Virus record (IMG/VR): IMGVR_UViG_3300019487_000028
Coordinates: 2,834-66,833 of that record
DNA from: a virus
Length of the DNA: 64,000 bases
Direction: 5' to 3' (one strand)
Shown here: positions 61,624-64,000 of the stretch, piece after piece
Layout: each line of letters starts with the position of its first letter
Position numbering within the stretch: the stretch's first letter is position 1
The notes under the pieces: model-generated
Told to the model about the DNA's origin: nothing
The model's input: the letters and a program-made list of their open reading frames with translations, nothing else
Databases searched by the model: none
Program-made: the position numbers and the translations under genes

Positions 61624-62030
61624 TGAAGATCAACCTGCTCGACCGCCTGCGGTTCATGCAGTACTCCGGGCACGCGTCCGCCGTCGTCGCGTACAAGGAG
61701 TCGAAGACGCTCCGGAGGATCCGCGTGTTCCCGACACCGTACTGCCGGGTCAAGTCCGAGTACACGGAGTTGGCCTCTGTGGAAAGGATAACTGATCCCA
61801 TGTTCAAGTGCTTCGCAGGCCACGTGACCGAGCCTGGAGTCAAGTGCACCACCGCGCCGACCGAAGTCCGCTCGGTGGTCTACCGGGACCACGACCTGGG
61901 TCCGATCGGTCGCGGCTACGAGACGGTCAGAGAAGAGAAGTTCTGCCCCGAGCACCAGGGAGGCGGCGCGCGAGTCGTAGGTTTCGAGAAGACAGTCGTG
62001 GAGCCGAAGAGAGAGGAGAGGGAGTCATGA
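61620..62030 (+). CDS. Zinc-binding hypothetical protein
   Basis: C..GH..FCPEH; ATGA overlap. Confidence 0.55.
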   Translation: MMKINLLDRLRFMQYSGHASAVVAYKESKTLRRIRVFPTPYCRVKSEYTELASVERITDPMFKCFAGHVTEPGVKCTTAPTEVRSVVYRDHDLGPIGRGYETVREEKFCPEHQGGGARVVGFEKTVVEPKREERES

Positions 62031-62317
62031 CACAGATGGCGGACGCATTGCGAGCGGTGGGGTTCAAGACGTCGAAGGAGGAGGAGGCCGCGGTCAAGCG
62101 CCAATTCCTGGCTTGGCTCAGGCAGGACCACTTGGCCTGGGTGGAGCAGGGCAAGCGAATCGCCCTGCGCTACCGCTGGGTCGCCAACAAGAGGGCCCAC
62201 CGGGCGCGGGCGAAGGTCAAGCAGTTCGAGGCCAAGCTCGCCTCGGGGGCGGCCGGGTTCCTGCCCTCCGGAAAGGCCATCAGGCCGATCCGGGCGGGAG
62301 CGCTGGGGGCGTCGTGA
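62027..62317 (+). CDS. Hypothetical protein
   Basis: MTQMADALRAVGFK; ATGA overlap. Confidence 0.55.
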   Translation: MTQMADALRAVGFKTSKEEEAAVKRQFLAWLRQDHLAWVEQGKRIALRYRWVANKRAHRARAKVKQFEAKLASGAAGFLPSGKAIRPIRAGALGAS

Positions 62318-62460
62318 GCGTCGCCAAGACCCATAGCAAGAAGGTTGCCAAGGTCGCCGTGCGCGAGACGCAGAAGTGCGCCCACCCGTCGGTCCAGAAG
62401 CTCGGGACGCCCGGACGCCTCTACGTCTGCGTCGACTGCGGCTCGGAGGTCCGCTTGTGA
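62314..62460 (+). CDS. Small zinc-finger protein
   Basis: CAH..CVDCG. Confidence 0.45.
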   Translation: MSVAKTHSKKVAKVAVRETQKCAHPSVQKLGTPGRLYVCVDCGSEVRL

Positions 62461-62657
62461 GAACAGAGACGCGATACGAGCAGATCGCCCGCTGGGAAGC
62501 AACGGGGCTGCTGGACCCGAACTGCGCCGCGTGCCAGCGTGACTACTACGCGGCGACGGACAAGACGCCGGCCGACGTGTTCGCGCCCCGACACAGGGCG
62601 CGACCTGGCTGCCAGAGCGGCAGCGCGCCGCACTGCACGTGCGACACCTGTTTCTGA
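62457..62657 (+). CDS. Cys-rich small protein
   Basis: CAACQ..HCTCDTCF. Confidence 0.5.
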   Translation: MRTETRYEQIARWEATGLLDPNCAACQRDYYAATDKTPADVFAPRHRARPGCQSGSAPHCTCDTCF

Positions 62658-62672
62658 AAAGAAGGGGGGATC

Positions 62673-62960
62673 ATGAGAAGCGGACCACGGGACGGGAAGG
62701 AGTTCGAGCTGACAGAAGTCGAGGTGGACACGCCGGAGGGGACGCACGTGTGCCGGGTGGCGGGGGCCTACGAGGCCGGCGACACGTCCGTGGGGATCTG
62801 GCCCGGGTGGCACGTGGTGGGGGTCTACAGGGATTCCGACAAGGCCGAGCTGACCGACTCCCTCTCTTGGAGCACGCTGAGCAGGCTGGCTGACAAGCTG
62901 GCGGACTCCTACGAGTCGGGCGAACTGGCCGCCGCCCACGCTGCCGACGATCAGTTCTGA
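62673..62960 (+). CDS. Acidic hypothetical protein
   Basis: Poly-G RBS. Confidence 0.55.
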   Translation: MRSGPRDGKEFELTEVEVDTPEGTHVCRVAGAYEAGDTSVGIWPGWHVVGVYRDSDKAELTDSLSWSTLSRLADKLADSYESGELAAAHAADDQF

Positions 62961-63137
62961 GGAGGAAACTTCGATGGCGAAATCGAACCTGACCAGTCGT
63001 GAGAGGGCGAAGCTGGCTCACGCGATCCACGCGGAACTGCGGGTCGCCATGCTCCAGATCGAGGACGCGCAGCGCAAAGTCTCGCTCCTGCTGGACGAGT
63101 TGAACGCGCTGGCGTTGGAGGCGTCGGAGGAGGTGAG

Positions 63138-63476
63138 ATGAAGCTCACGATAGACCGATCCCGGTGGCTGCGCGGGGAGGGAACCGACTCCAGCTTCCTC
63201 CAGCGCCCGACGGACCAGAAGCAGTGCTGCGTTGGGATGTACTTGGCCTCACTCGGGGTGGAGGAAGAGAAGCTTGACGGTGTCCTCTCGGCCCAGGGGG
63301 TGAAGGATCTCCCCGAAGGTGCAGGATGGCTCCTCACCTCGTGTCTTTCGTCGAGCGCAGCTGATGAGTTGTATTCCGTTAACGACGACGAAGACATACG
63401 CGAGTCCGAACGAGAATCGAGGGTCGCCGTGCTGTTCAAGGTGGCCGGCATCGACGTCGAGTTCACCGGACCATGA
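63138..63476 (+). CDS. Conserved phage hypothetical protein
   Basis: MKLTIDRSRWLRG..L..CC.G..Y.VND..I.E.ERE......F...GI.VEF. Confidence 0.65.
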   Translation: MKLTIDRSRWLRGEGTDSSFLQRPTDQKQCCVGMYLASLGVEEEKLDGVLSAQGVKDLPEGAGWLLTSCLSSSAADELYSVNDDEDIRESERESRVAVLFKVAGIDVEFTGP

Positions 63477-63822
63477 AGGAGAAAGAGAAGGCTTTGATCC
63501 CAGAAGACGGGCATGAGGTGAGCTTGCCGAAGCTGTTCGTCTTCTCGGTCCTCCTGGGGACAGCGGCCGCCGTGGCCGGTGGCGCCTTGGCCGTCGCGAT
63601 CATCGTGGCCGTCAAGGCGCTGGTGCGGGTGCTGCCGTGAGGGGGCGGCAGAGCCTCACGGCGGCGGCCCTCGCCAGCGTGCGCAAGCACGGCCCCTGGG
63701 GTCGTACCGGCCGGCTGAGGAGGCGCAACACGGGTGCGGTCTATATCCCCGCCAGCCTAGCCCCTAGGCTCGTTCCGGCCCGCGCCCAGGATAAGCCTGC
63801 AAGCCGCTGAGTCGTATACCCT

Positions 63823-63854
63823 TATCAGTACTAGCAAGTATCAGTACTAGCAAG
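63823..63854. repeat. 16-bp perfect tandem repeat x2
   Basis: TATCAGTACTAGCAAG twice, followed by TGCTTG. Confidence 0.85.
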
Positions 63855-64000
63855 TGCTTGCCAATCAACAACTTGCGCCGCGAGCCCCTGGGCGCCCCCT
63901 GGGCGCGCTCAGAGTGGGGTCATCGGCGTACGACACAGCCTGCCGCAGCGGGGCCCCCTAGGCGGGCCCAGCGCACGTATGGAGGGGATCTAGGAATGAA

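Overview
A 64 kb piece of a GC-rich dsDNA tailed-phage genome, probably podovirus-like (no tape-measure or tail-tube gene seen; three large putative ejection proteins). The + strand from 1 to 16.6 kb holds a DNA-modification and nucleotide-metabolism block, 38 tRNA or tRNA-like genes, a tmRNA, an RNA ligase and several unexplained structured spacers. The - strand from 59.2 to 16.6 kb holds virion, packaging and lysis genes: terminase with an intein, portal, scaffold, major capsid, adaptors, tail and ejection proteins, and a glycosyltransferase / radical SAM / methyltransferase cassette. Divergent promoters lie at about 59.24-59.36 kb, followed by small early-type genes on +. The standout feature is a stand-alone Cas7/RAMP-like gene (4692-5258) flanked by (GGC-NN)n pentamer arrays. 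Eight such arrays occur in the window, each with a different NN string, and seven end in a conserved, covarying ~50-nt stem-loop; four sit directly beside tRNA genes. This looks like a non-CRISPR RNA-guided system with a gapped dinucleotide code (VIPR-like, by recollection). All calls were made by eye with no database searches. Several apparent single-base frameshifts suggest some indel errors in the assembly.
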